Shown here in pieces: positions 7,294 through 15,098 of a stretch of 39,639 bases of DNA; the stretch's first letter is position 1, and every line of letters starts with the position of its first letter. Source of the DNA: a virus (lineage: Duplodnaviria; Caudoviricetes); the IMG/VR virus record IMGVR_UViG_3300027759_000182, positions 1 to 39,639 of that record; one strand, given 5' to 3'. The notes below the pieces were generated by a model that made no database searches, was not told where the DNA came from, and saw only the letters and a program-made list of their open reading frames with translations. A program made the position numbers and the translations under genes.

Positions 7294-7630
7294 TCTTCCT
7301 AAAAAACGTGGCAGACCATTGGGGTCTAAAAACAAACGCACTAGAACAGTTGCGGGCAAAGAATATACCTTCAAAAAGAAAGCGTTTAAACGATCTACTG
7401 CTTCTGGTTCTAAGCCCAAAGCACCAAAGTCTATTCCGCTTGGTGCGTTTAGTTGGGTAGATGCCTACGAAAAAACATACACTAATTTAGAGCGTGCTTG
7501 TGAGCGTTTAGTTGAACTGCAAGGTGTTAAAGAGGAGTTAGAGCAAACTAAAGCAGACGTTATTGGTCTATCCACAATTATCCATTACTTAGAACTCCGC
7601 TTAGAAGAACAGTACAGGAACGCAAAATGA
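7277..7630 (+). CDS. AT-hook-containing basic protein with C-terminal coiled coil
   Basis: KKRGRPLGSKNK AT-hook motif. Confidence 0.75.
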   Translation: MTLNSNLPKKRGRPLGSKNKRTRTVAGKEYTFKKKAFKRSTASGSKPKAPKSIPLGAFSWVDAYEKTYTNLERACERLVELQGVKEELEQTKADVIGLSTIIHYLELRLEEQYRNAK

Positions 7631-8037
7631 ACGCACTTCAGTTTGAAGCAGTCAAGATTGCCCTTAAACAAGACAAGACTGGTTTCGTGCTGACACTTAA
7701 TATCCACCCTGACGAGATCCCCGATGAATTAATGCGGGATTTTGTTGGGGCACGATATGGTGTGGCTATGGCACGTATCGAAGACAACGAGACTGCCAAG
7801 CACTACGACAATCGTGTTAAGAAAGCGGGCATCTTAGGTCGCTCTAGACAGTTTCAGTTGTGGCTCAAGAAAGAAAACGAGTTAACAGTTGATAGTGAGG
7901 ACGATGCGGTAGAGGCTATTCATAGAATCTGCGGTATTAATTCACGAACAGAGCTTAATGGCAACAGAGATGCCCAACAAAAATTTGACGAAATGGTAAA
8001 TGATTATGAGCAATGGATCGAAGAAGAGCCTTTTTAA
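7627..8037 (+). CDS. Hypothetical phage protein (136 aa)
   Basis: ATGA overlap, uninterrupted ORF, C-terminal EEEPF. Confidence 0.8.
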   Translation: MNALQFEAVKIALKQDKTGFVLTLNIHPDEIPDELMRDFVGARYGVAMARIEDNETAKHYDNRVKKAGILGRSRQFQLWLKKENELTVDSEDDAVEAIHRICGINSRTELNGNRDAQQKFDEMVNDYEQWIEEEPF

Positions 8038-8329
8038 CGAGCGCAATTCCATAACGATTTACCTTGAGCAATCCGAAAAAGACCGCATCACTAAGTTTGC
8101 AGAAAAATCGGATATTAGCGTAGGTCAATTGGCAAGGGAGGCATTCAAAATGCGGATGGCTGGAGGAAATGACCCGTTCAACAAGGGCTTTAATCAGGGT
8201 TTAAACGAGGCTATCCGTATTACAAATTCCTGTGAGGGCGCAACCATGATGTTTCCATCGGGCAAGACGTTTGCCAAAGTTGTTAGCGATGACATCGAGA
8301 AGTTCTTAAGAGAGCATAAAGATGAATGA
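8000..8329 (+). CDS. Putative ribbon-helix-helix DNA-binding protein
   Basis: SITIYL strand followed by two helices (..ISVGQLAREAF), CopG/Arc-like pattern. Confidence 0.6.
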   Translation: MIMSNGSKKSLFNERNSITIYLEQSEKDRITKFAEKSDISVGQLAREAFKMRMAGGNDPFNKGFNQGLNEAIRITNSCEGATMMFPSGKTFAKVVSDDIEKFLREHKDE

Positions 8330-8510
8330 ACAAGACTTGCGGGACTGTTTTGCTATGTTTGCAATGAATGGAATGTTATCTAGCGGGCTTAACGACTATT
8401 CCGTAGCAAAAACTGCATACAGGATGGCAGATGAAATGTTAGAGGCACGTAGGGTCAAGGAAGAGCCTCAAGGGATTGTTGCAATCAAAAAGAAAAGGAC
8501 TGCAAAATGA
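8322..8510 (+). CDS. Small phage protein (LRD.FA..AM...AY.MADEML family)
   Basis: Motif common in small accessory phage proteins. Confidence 0.75.
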   Translation: MNEQDLRDCFAMFAMNGMLSSGLNDYSVAKTAYRMADEMLEARRVKEEPQGIVAIKKKRTAK

Positions 8511-8845
8511 AAGATTGGGAAAAAGGTTACTGGCTAGGAGTGTTGGCGGGTAGTGTAGGAATAGGATTGTTAGCGTTAGTGCTTTTTTATTCTGAACCCG
8601 CTTGCGCTCAGACCAGTTGGGAGAACAACCCACTTAACTATAAAAACAGTCCTTATAACTACGACAACAGTCAGTACAACTATAAGAACAGTCAATATAA
8701 CTGGGAGAACAGTCCTTACAACATGGATTCTAAGCGTGGCATTTATAGCAACGATGGTAGCCGTGTTGGCTACGAAGTGCAGAATAGTCAGGGCACTCGC
8801 AACATCTACGACAACAATGGCAACAGAGTAGGCTACGGAAGATGA
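8507..8845 (+). CDS. Membrane-anchored/secreted protein with Asn/Tyr heptad repeats
   Basis: N-terminal hydrophobic segment ending PACA; five N[NS][PQ][LY]N[YWM] repeats. Confidence 0.8.
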   Translation: MKDWEKGYWLGVLAGSVGIGLLALVLFYSEPACAQTSWENNPLNYKNSPYNYDNSQYNYKNSQYNWENSPYNMDSKRGIYSNDGSRVGYEVQNSQGTRNIYDNNGNRVGYGR

Positions 8846-9771
8846 ACCGCATCGAGTTCGGAGACTGCCGTACCATCATGGAGGATTGGCACAAGCAAGG
8901 CATTACAGTACAAACTTGTGTCACTTCTCCCCCTTATTTTGGACTACGAGACTATGGAGTCGATGGTCAGATTGGTCTTGAGAAAACAGTCGATGAATAT
9001 GTCCAGTCAATAGTCGAAGTGTTTAAACGGGTTAAAGACATTCTGGCTGACGATGGAACAGTTTGGTTAAACCTTGGCGATAGCTACTATAACTACAGAG
9101 GTGGCAAGGGTCAGGCTTTGGTTAAGCAAACTGTTTCTAATAATTTACAAGACCTACCGCAAGTGTGTGCTAGACGTGGAAATAAACAGGCGGGACTCAA
9201 GGAAAAAGACCTCATAGGAATCCCTTGGCGGGTCGCCTTTGCCTTGCAAGCGGATGGGTGGTATCTACGTCAGGACATCATTTGGAGCAAGCCTAACCCC
9301 ATGCCTGAGTCTGTGCGGGATCGTTGCACCAAGAGTCATGAATACATCTTTCTACTTACCAAGCAACCGAAGTACTACTTTGACAACGAGGCTATTAAAG
9401 AGCCTGTTAAAGAAGATTGGGGTACAAGGGATAGAAGTGATGGCAAGTACCACAACGAGGGATCAGGGCTTAGTCCCCATTCGGGACTAGAGAAGAGCTA
9501 CGAGATGGCTAATAAGCGGTCTGTATGGACTGTTACTACCAAGCCATTCAAGGGTGCGCACTTTGCCGTATACCCGCCCGAATTAATTGAGCCTTGCATT
9601 CTTGCAAGTACCAAAGTAGGAGACCTTGTGCTAGATCCATTTATGGGTTCAGGAACTACGGCTGCCGTAGCACAGCGTTTAAACAGGCTGTATCTTGGCA
9701 GCGAGCTGAACCCTGAGTATGAAGCGTTACAAAAAGAAAGACTTAAACAACCATCCTTGGAGCTAGTATGA
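8842..9771 (+). CDS. DNA methyltransferase, N4-C/N6-A, beta class
   Basis: Catalytic TSPPY precedes SAM-binding DPFMGSGTT; HFAVYP motif. Confidence 0.93.
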   Translation: MNRIEFGDCRTIMEDWHKQGITVQTCVTSPPYFGLRDYGVDGQIGLEKTVDEYVQSIVEVFKRVKDILADDGTVWLNLGDSYYNYRGGKGQALVKQTVSNNLQDLPQVCARRGNKQAGLKEKDLIGIPWRVAFALQADGWYLRQDIIWSKPNPMPESVRDRCTKSHEYIFLLTKQPKYYFDNEAIKEPVKEDWGTRDRSDGKYHNEGSGLSPHSGLEKSYEMANKRSVWTVTTKPFKGAHFAVYPPELIEPCILASTKVGDLVLDPFMGSGTTAAVAQRLNRLYLGSELNPEYEALQKERLKQPSLELV

Positions 9772-9920
9772 ATATATTTTTGCAGTCTATTTGGGATTTA
9801 GCTTGCACCATTATTTTGTGGTTTGGACTAATCCTTACGTTTTTTGTTGGGCTATTCTTAATAGGTATTACTTTTAAGATTCTTGTTAATACATTTATGG
9901 CGGGGTACTATTTATTATGA
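9768..9920 (+). CDS. Small membrane protein (50 aa)
   Basis: ATGA overlaps at both ends; strongly hydrophobic. Confidence 0.6.
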   Translation: MNIFLQSIWDLACTIILWFGLILTFFVGLFLIGITFKILVNTFMAGYYLL

Positions 9921-10114
9921 ATTTATATGAAGAATTTTGTCCAAAAACACCACACAAGTGTTATGTTTTGCGAGATCTATTGTACGTCCCAAGTTATATA
10001 GATAAAGGTATCTACGTAGGGTTAACCAGTAGGAAGTATCAAGAGCAACAGTTGATTGATGCGGGCGCAAAAGAAAAAGACGAGTTTCTTTGGACTAGAC
10101 GATATTTAAAATGA
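9917..10114 (+). CDS. Hypothetical protein (65 aa)
   Basis: ATGA-coupled ORF within the operon. Confidence 0.7.
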   Translation: MNLYEEFCPKTPHKCYVLRDLLYVPSYIDKGIYVGLTSRKYQEQQLIDAGAKEKDEFLWTRRYLK

Positions 10115-10572
10115 TTGGCGCATACAAACCATTTGACCAAGAGATTCACGATGCTTGTGACCCGCCATCAAGAATGGTGGTAAAGAGGTGGGTTGAATCT
10201 CATTGGAACGTCAAAGCTGATGACTTTGAAAAGTACAAGGTAGATTTGGTTTGTAGTAGGGATGGAGCGAATGTTGGCTATATAGAGATAGAGGTACGGC
10301 AATGGTTTTGTGGTTTTCCTATTATGTATTCAACAATTCATATTCCATCTAGGAAAGCCAAGCTATTTAACAACGATTTGCCCACCATTTACTTTGTTGT
10401 AAGCGGAGACTTTAAACATGGACTATGGATAAACACAGATGAAATTCTTAAGCATGAGCAGATTGAGGTAAGGAATACTGCGATTGCTGAAGGAGAGTAC
10501 TTTTATGATGTGCCTACCGATAAATTTAAATATGTATTTTTTGATAACAGATCCCTCAAGGAGAAAGCATGA
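10111..10572 (+). CDS. Putative PD-(D/E)XK-fold nuclease-like protein
   Basis: YKVDL...YIEIEVR pattern. Confidence 0.6.
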   Translation: MIGAYKPFDQEIHDACDPPSRMVVKRWVESHWNVKADDFEKYKVDLVCSRDGANVGYIEIEVRQWFCGFPIMYSTIHIPSRKAKLFNNDLPTIYFVVSGDFKHGLWINTDEILKHEQIEVRNTAIAEGEYFYDVPTDKFKYVFFDNRSLKEKA

Positions 10573-10886
10573 CAACATTTACAACTGAAGATTGTTTAAA
10601 CGCAGAGACTCTACGGGATCTTTTCCGAAGCGTTTCAAAAAAAGTTTCTAAAAAAGAGTTGCTGAAGTCTAGCCCTAGCAACACACCCTATATGACTTCT
10701 ACTGGTATTCAGATAGGTAAGTATTACAAACCGCCCAAGTATGTGGAGGAAGATAGCGATATGTTAAGGCTACAGTCTTACCTTATTGGTGATCCCGCCA
10801 TGCTTAAACGGCAGTATTGGCTTGGTGTAGCTTACAAGGTTGGGCTTATTTGTATTGTGTTAATTCTTGTATTGGCAAACAAATGA
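10569..10886 (+). CDS. Hypothetical protein with C-terminal TM segment
   Basis: AAGGAG RBS; hydrophobic C-terminus. Confidence 0.75.
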   Translation: MTTFTTEDCLNAETLRDLFRSVSKKVSKKELLKSSPSNTPYMTSTGIQIGKYYKPPKYVEEDSDMLRLQSYLIGDPAMLKRQYWLGVAYKVGLICIVLILVLANK

Positions 10887-10978
10887 TCTCAATTCTAATG
10901 ACTGTTTTTGCCCTGATAGGGATTGCCGTAACTTGTTTTTTTCTTTATGTTTTATTTATTATCTATTGCGAGGATTAA
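10883..10978 (+). CDS. Tiny TM protein (31 aa)
   Basis: ATGA overlap; stop abuts the next ATG; hydrophobic. Confidence 0.55.
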   Translation: MISILMTVFALIGIAVTCFFLYVLFIIYCED

Positions 10979-11254
10979 ATGGAAAGAGAACCAATACCCT
11001 TTGGCGGTTGGATGCAATATAGTGACGATACTGTTGCTGAAATTAAAGCCAAGCACGACCCTGTTAATCACCCTAGGCACTACACCGCCCACCCATCGGG
11101 GGTAGAGTGCATTCAGATTACCGAACACATGGGGTTCAATCTTGGTAACGCTATGAAATACATATGGCGGGCAGACGAGAAAGATAATGCGATAGAAGAC
11201 TTACGCAAGGCGGTTTGGTACGTCCAGCGTGAAATAGCTAAACGCATTAAGTAA
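10979..11254 (+). CDS. DUF3310 family protein (T7 gp1.7-like nucleotide kinase family)
   Basis: DPVNHPRHY..ECI..F.LGNAMKYIWRA..K..EDLRKAVWY signature. Confidence 0.9.
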   Translation: MEREPIPFGGWMQYSDDTVAEIKAKHDPVNHPRHYTAHPSGVECIQITEHMGFNLGNAMKYIWRADEKDNAIEDLRKAVWYVQREIAKRIK

Positions 11255-11263
11255 CGTTTAAAC

Positions 11264-11545
11264 ATGGCAACCAAAGATGAAAAAGAACACTTTAGGAAAA
11301 TCGCAGAGTTTGGTTGTGCGTTATGTTACAAGCTCGGCTACGAAGGGACTCCAGCGGAGATCCATCACATTAGACGAGGTGGCATACGAAGCAAGTCTCC
11401 TGTTATCCCGCTCTGTACAGAACATCATAGAGGAAACTCCAGTATTCACGGATTGGGTAGAAAGCAATTTGAGCGCACCTTTAAAACGACAGAAGAGGAA
11501 CTCTTGGAAATGGTATCAGCCAAGTTCCCGCCACCAAATTTATAA
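11264..11545 (+). CDS. Ref-like (RecA-dependent) HNH-family nuclease
   Basis: GCALC..EIHH..IPLC.EHHRG..IH motif. Confidence 0.8.
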   Translation: MATKDEKEHFRKIAEFGCALCYKLGYEGTPAEIHHIRRGGIRSKSPVIPLCTEHHRGNSSIHGLGRKQFERTFKTTEEELLEMVSAKFPPPNL

Positions 11546-11554
11546 GGAAAGATA

Positions 11555-11695
11555 ATGGATATAAAACAAGAATTAAAGAAAAACATTAGATGGATTGCTC
11601 TTAAATCAGGCAAAACTAATAAACAAGTCATGGATGATATGAAAAAGTTTGAAAAAATTATTTTTGGGAACGATAGAAAGGCAAAAGAAAAATGA
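11555..11695 (+). CDS. Hypothetical protein (46 aa) ending RKAKEK
   Basis: TAAGGA RBS; ATGA overlap with the next gene. Confidence 0.6.
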   Translation: MDIKQELKKNIRWIALKSGKTNKQVMDDMKKFEKIIFGNDRKAKEK

Positions 11696-11859
11696 ATTAT
11701 CCAAAAGAACAGTATGAAATGAGTCAAAAGCAAGTGGCAGAAACAATGTTTCTTGGCAAGAATACTGTTAGTAACATTGAAAAGCGGGCACTAGAAAAGA
11801 TGCGAATGATACTGGAAGAGCGTGGTATATCAGCCCAAGATATATTGGGGGACAGATGA
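11692..11859 (+). CDS. Stand-alone sigma70 region-4-like HTH protein (55 aa)
   Basis: MSQKQVAETMFLGKNTVSNIEKRALEKMR matches the region-4 HTH pattern; ATGA-coupled on both sides; absent from the ORF track. Confidence 0.75.
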   Translation: MNYPKEQYEMSQKQVAETMFLGKNTVSNIEKRALEKMRMILEERGISAQDILGDR

Positions 11860-12041
11860 ACTCAAATGAATCTTTTGATAGAACTGCAAGCCATATGGCT
11901 GGTGAATATGTGTCTTATAAAACAGAGTTAACAGATGAGGAAATAGAGGAAGTTTTTTTGTTGAATTGCAATCTTATAAATGAAACTTTTGCATATAGGG
12001 ATTTTGCTAGAGCAATACTAAGAAAGGCACAAGAGAAATGA
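11856..12041 (+). CDS. Small phage protein (ELTDEEI...FARAILRKAQEK family)
   Basis: C-terminus shared with 12764-12964. Confidence 0.75.
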   Translation: MNSNESFDRTASHMAGEYVSYKTELTDEEIEEVFLLNCNLINETFAYRDFARAILRKAQEK

Positions 12042-12157
12042 ACATAGATCAAATTAAAGTATTAGAAGATGCTTTAAAAGTAATTGAACAATTACAAGCT
12101 GAAATAGAGTATTGGAAAGAGATGTTTGAAAAAGCAATGGAGGTTAATGAAAAATGA
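12038..12157 (+). CDS. Small coiled-coil protein (39 aa)
   Basis: Starts within the boundary repeat ATGA; ATGA-coupled to the next gene. Confidence 0.6.
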   Translation: MNIDQIKVLEDALKVIEQLQAEIEYWKEMFEKAMEVNEK

Positions 12158-12324
12158 TTGAAACAATAGTAAAACCGCAACCTTTAGATAACGATATTGC
12201 GGTTATTAAGATACTCCAGCTGCTTGGGCAGCTGAGTTTAAACGACATACAATATATTTTGAAGGTTACTTTACAAGTCTATGGAAAGGTGCAAAATCAT
12301 GACGTGGAATCTACGACTAGTTGA
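12154..12324 (+). CDS. Hypothetical protein (56 aa)
   Basis: GGAGG RBS and ATGA overlap. Confidence 0.6.
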   Translation: MIETIVKPQPLDNDIAVIKILQLLGQLSLNDIQYILKVTLQVYGKVQNHDVESTTS

Positions 12325-12547
12325 GATGGTGGAGGAGGATTGCGCAGACGATCTATATCTTGAGATCAGAGAGGTTTTCTACGATAACCTAGGGAAACCG
12401 CTAGGTCATACTAGAGCCACGTCTGGTGGAGAAAATATAGAAGAGATTAGGCGATATTTAACGTGGTCATTAGAAGCTTTAGATAAACCAATATTAACTT
12501 TTGGAGAAAGTAATGGAGATAGCAGTCAAGATAATCAAGGAGAATAA
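12299..12547 (+). CDS. Phage hypothetical protein (MTWNLRLV...IREVFYD..GKP)
   Basis: Familiar small phage family pattern; ATG 12299 preferred. Confidence 0.75.
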   Translation: MTWNLRLVEMVEEDCADDLYLEIREVFYDNLGKPLGHTRATSGGENIEEIRRYLTWSLEALDKPILTFGESNGDSSQDNQGE

Positions 12548-12770
12548 AGATGGTTCAGCCAACGCTGAGGTTAAGTTTGACAAGCAAGGACTCGAAGTCC
12601 TCATCCAATGGGGAATTGTCGCTATGCTTACCAAAGCAGTTGATGAGTACAAAGTTAGACCCGATGATGCTGAAGTATCTATTCAACCCAAGTCTAAAAG
12701 AACAGTTGCCAAAAAGAAGTCTTTGGCGAAAAAGAAACGGAAAGAAGAAGACCTAGATGGTAGATGCTAA
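12513..12770 (+). CDS. Hypothetical protein with basic C-terminus
   Basis: GGAG RBS before ATG 12513. Confidence 0.7.
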   Translation: MEIAVKIIKENKDGSANAEVKFDKQGLEVLIQWGIVAMLTKAVDEYKVRPDDAEVSIQPKSKRTVAKKKSLAKKKRKEEDLDGRC

Positions 12771-12964
12771 TGAACAATGAACCAGTAGCGTATGGGATGC
12801 TGACCTTTTGTAAAAACTGTGGGGAACAGAATCCTTATTCATTAAGAGAACTAACAGATGAGGAAATAGATTCAATAGGTGATGAAGTTTCAAATCTTAT
12901 TGACACCTATGCTGGTAGACGAGAATTTGCTAAAGCAATACTAAGAAAGGCACAAGAGAAATGA
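12764..12964 (+). CDS. Small phage protein (NEPVA...CKNC...ELTDEEI...ILRKAQEK); start 12764 or 12770
   Basis: Paralogous C-terminus with 11856-12041. Confidence 0.75.
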   Translation: MLMNNEPVAYGMLTFCKNCGEQNPYSLRELTDEEIDSIGDEVSNLIDTYAGRREFAKAILRKAQEK

Positions 12965-13119
12965 AGTTCTTTGGTGTAGTAGGGTTTACCCTATTCCTAA
13001 TTGCTTTCTTTAATCTTATGGATGTTGGGGTTCAAATGGCTTTGAGAGAGCCTGTTTACGCTTGTTCTGAAGTTACTAAGCAAGACCCTATAAACGTGCA
13101 AAAGAAGTGTCGTAAATGA
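12961..13119 (+). CDS. Small TM protein with two C-terminal Cys (52 aa)
   Basis: Starts in the boundary repeat; N-terminal hydrophobic helix. Confidence 0.6.
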   Translation: MKFFGVVGFTLFLIAFFNLMDVGVQMALREPVYACSEVTKQDPINVQKKCRK

Positions 13120-13259
13120 GTAGTTGGCTCATCATCCTTACAGGGCTGATTTATTTGTATATAGCCTGTGAACAAGGATTTAAAGGAAATATGGGGATGG
13201 CTATCTGTTATGCGGGATATGCCCTTGGAAACGTGGGTCTTTACATGATGGCTAAATAG
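13116..13259 (+). CDS. Small two-TM membrane protein (47 aa)
   Basis: MSSWLIILTGLIY...YAGYALGNVGL; ATGA overlap. Confidence 0.65.
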   Translation: MSSWLIILTGLIYLYIACEQGFKGNMGMAICYAGYALGNVGLYMMAK

Positions 13260-13282
13260 TGTAAAATGGTGCATCGCAACAT
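13240..13282 (+). promoter_or_regulatory. Sigma70-like promoter overlapped by a TGC-N3-GCA palindrome (PhaR-box-like)
   Basis: TTTACA(13240)-N16-TAAAAT(13262); ATGGTGCATCGCAACAT at 13266-13282. Confidence 0.5.
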
Positions 13283-13300
13283 AACCTTATGGAGATAACC

Positions 13301-13438
13301 ATGTTTGATTTTGAAAAGCAATACAAAGATGCATTAGAAAAGTTTGAGACTGTAGCCAAGCAATCTAGAGACTCTTATGAGTTTTGGTTGAATGCAGTAA
13401 TGGATTCTTGGAAAGATTTGTATACCAAGAAGAAGTAA
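13301..13438 (+). CDS. Small amphipathic helical protein (45 aa), possibly phasin-like
   Basis: GGAG RBS, own promoter and terminator; MFDFEKQYKDALEKFETVAKQSRDSYEFWLNAVMDSWKDLYTKKK. Confidence 0.65.
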   Translation: MFDFEKQYKDALEKFETVAKQSRDSYEFWLNAVMDSWKDLYTKKK

Positions 13439-13452
13439 CAGGTTCCAATTAG

Positions 13453-13712
13453 TACCCAAAGGTTGCTTTTTGCAACCTTTTTTGTTTCTCAAAGTGTACA
13501 AAATGTGTAATTAGTTACACATTTAAGTGTACAGATGTCACATTTTTGCATGAATTTTTATTGAAATTTCATGCACTTTTTTGATAAAGTTATGGGCAAA
13601 GGATAAACCTGTATAAGATTGCTATAAATTTATACATATAGGTACCAATGTATATACAAAATATATACCTTTGGGTATCAAAACTTTACAATATGTTTCT
13701 CAAACTTTACAA
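13453..13712. repeat. AT-rich cluster of palindromes and short repeats at the convergence point
   Basis: 11-bp inverted repeat at 13453-13463/13667-13677 enclosing several palindromes; TGTTTCTCAAA and AAACTTTACAAT each occur twice. Confidence 0.75.
13458..13483 (+). terminator. Intrinsic terminator ending the rightward operon
   Basis: AAAGGTTGC-TTTTT-GCAACCTTT followed by further Ts. Confidence 0.75.
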
Positions 13713-14054
13713 TTCCAGCGGGTCGAAGCCTAGCTCGTCTGAAATAACCTTGGTGCGCCTACGAAACTCCGCATCGTGATGTGACCATTTATTGGTCTTC
13801 CAACGGCTCATATGCACGCATTCATGGCATAGCACCCGAATAACTGTTGCTAAATGACCACACTTTTTGGTTGAAATAGTGATGACGTGTTCAAACTGCT
13901 CCCCATCGTCATACAGATAAGTGCCCATCACCTCTGGGTCTTGGTCAACTATAAAGCTAATTTGCTCAGGCAAAGGCATATCCCAGCGATCAAACGGCTT
14001 CATGCAGTAGATCGCTGAATACAGATTACGCAGTATTGACGAGGTAAGCTTCAT
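13707..14054 (-). CDS. SprT-like zincin metallopeptidase
   Basis: LCHECVHM (HExxH) and downstream HDAEF. Confidence 0.85.
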   Translation of the reverse strand: MKLTSSILRNLYSAIYCMKPFDRWDMPLPEQISFIVDQDPEVMGTYLYDDGEQFEHVITISTKKCGHLATVIRVLCHECVHMSRWKTNKWSHHDAEFRRRTKVISDELGFDPLEL

Positions 14055-14056
14055 GT

Positions 14057-15019
14057 TTAAACCTTGTTGATGCAGCCACGAAATTCAAATTCATCTTCAC
14101 CACAAACTTGTATTAGCTCTGGAAGCATTAGTCTGCCCCGTTCAAACGATAGCAAGGCAAAGCCTGAGCGCCAATCTTTTGGTCCGTCTTCCGTGTAATG
14201 GATGAATTGTTCCGCATTTGGGTCAGCCAATGTTCCAGTCTGAATACCATATCTGGTTCCATTATAGTCACTCAGCGGATGCACGGTGAGCTGGTGCGTG
14301 TGCCCAGTTACTATATTGACCCCGCTGTTTAAACTGTTTGAACGACCAGCAGACCAACCGCCTTTCCAGCGATGCTTAATGCACGTATCCTCGTTTATCC
14401 AGTATGACCAACATGGTTGCCAATGCGGGAAATGGTCTTTAAGGGTAAACCCTGATACACCTTCATATTGTGGTGCTTGGGCGGCTAGGAACGTTTCAAA
14501 GCGGGCATCATGGTTACCCATCGTCCATATGAGTTCAGCGCCTATAGAGGCTTTTTGGATGTTCTCCATGAAGTCTTGACAGGCTTCTAGCTCTTCCTTG
14601 ACTGTGGGACTGTGAGTCCAGCCAATCCTTGGATGCCTACTGTTTTGACTGCCGTCAAAAATATCTCCGTTAGCAATAACCACTTTAGGGCGGAACTCTT
14701 TAATAATCATTAGTAAAGCTTTGTAGGCGGTAGTGTATTGGTCGGGCCAAAAATGAGCGTCTGAGAACACGACAACTCTGCCTTTTTCCATCTCTATGCC
14801 ACGTCTAGCGTTGCCTATGACTTGTTCTAATTTTTTAAGCGGGGAAACCCTATTATCGTCTAGGGTCGGTAGCTCAATCTTTAATCTATTTTCAATAGAC
14901 CGCCTTCTGTTATATACAGAACGGACATCCATTCGATGTTCTGCCGCAAATCTTTGCGGACTACCTAATTTTAACCAAGATTCTATGAACTGATCATCTG
15001 TAAGGAAATACTTTGCCAT
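14057..15019 (-). CDS. Calcineurin-like metallophosphoesterase with N-terminal HTH-like region
   Basis: SDAH, NGDIFD, GNHD, KHRW and GHTH motifs; CGGAGGCTT RBS. Confidence 0.92.
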   Translation of the reverse strand: MAKYFLTDDQFIESWLKLGSPQRFAAEHRMDVRSVYNRRRSIENRLKIELPTLDDNRVSPLKKLEQVIGNARRGIEMEKGRVVVFSDAHFWPDQYTTAYKALLMIIKEFRPKVVIANGDIFDGSQNSRHPRIGWTHSPTVKEELEACQDFMENIQKASIGAELIWTMGNHDARFETFLAAQAPQYEGVSGFTLKDHFPHWQPCWSYWINEDTCIKHRWKGGWSAGRSNSLNSGVNIVTGHTHQLTVHPLSDYNGTRYGIQTGTLADPNAEQFIHYTEDGPKDWRSGFALLSFERGRLMLPELIQVCGEDEFEFRGCINKV

Positions 15020-15098
15020 CAAAAGCCTCCGTAAATTATTGAATTACAACAATAAATTACGTACATCATATATGCATTTTGTGACAAATGCGAATCAT

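Larger units (their letters stand above)
12011..12965 (+). repeat. Gene-boundary direct repeats
   Basis: 32-bp AGCAATACTAAGAAAGGCACAAGAGAAATGAA at 12011-12042 and 12934-12965; 19-bp TAACAGATGAGGAAATAGA at 11929-11947 and 12852-12870; degenerate copy at 11675-11696. Confidence 0.9.

Noticed and set aside
13453-13712. CRISPR or mini-CRISPR array
   Set aside because: The palindromes differ from each other; there is no constant repeat with regular spacers and no cas operon.
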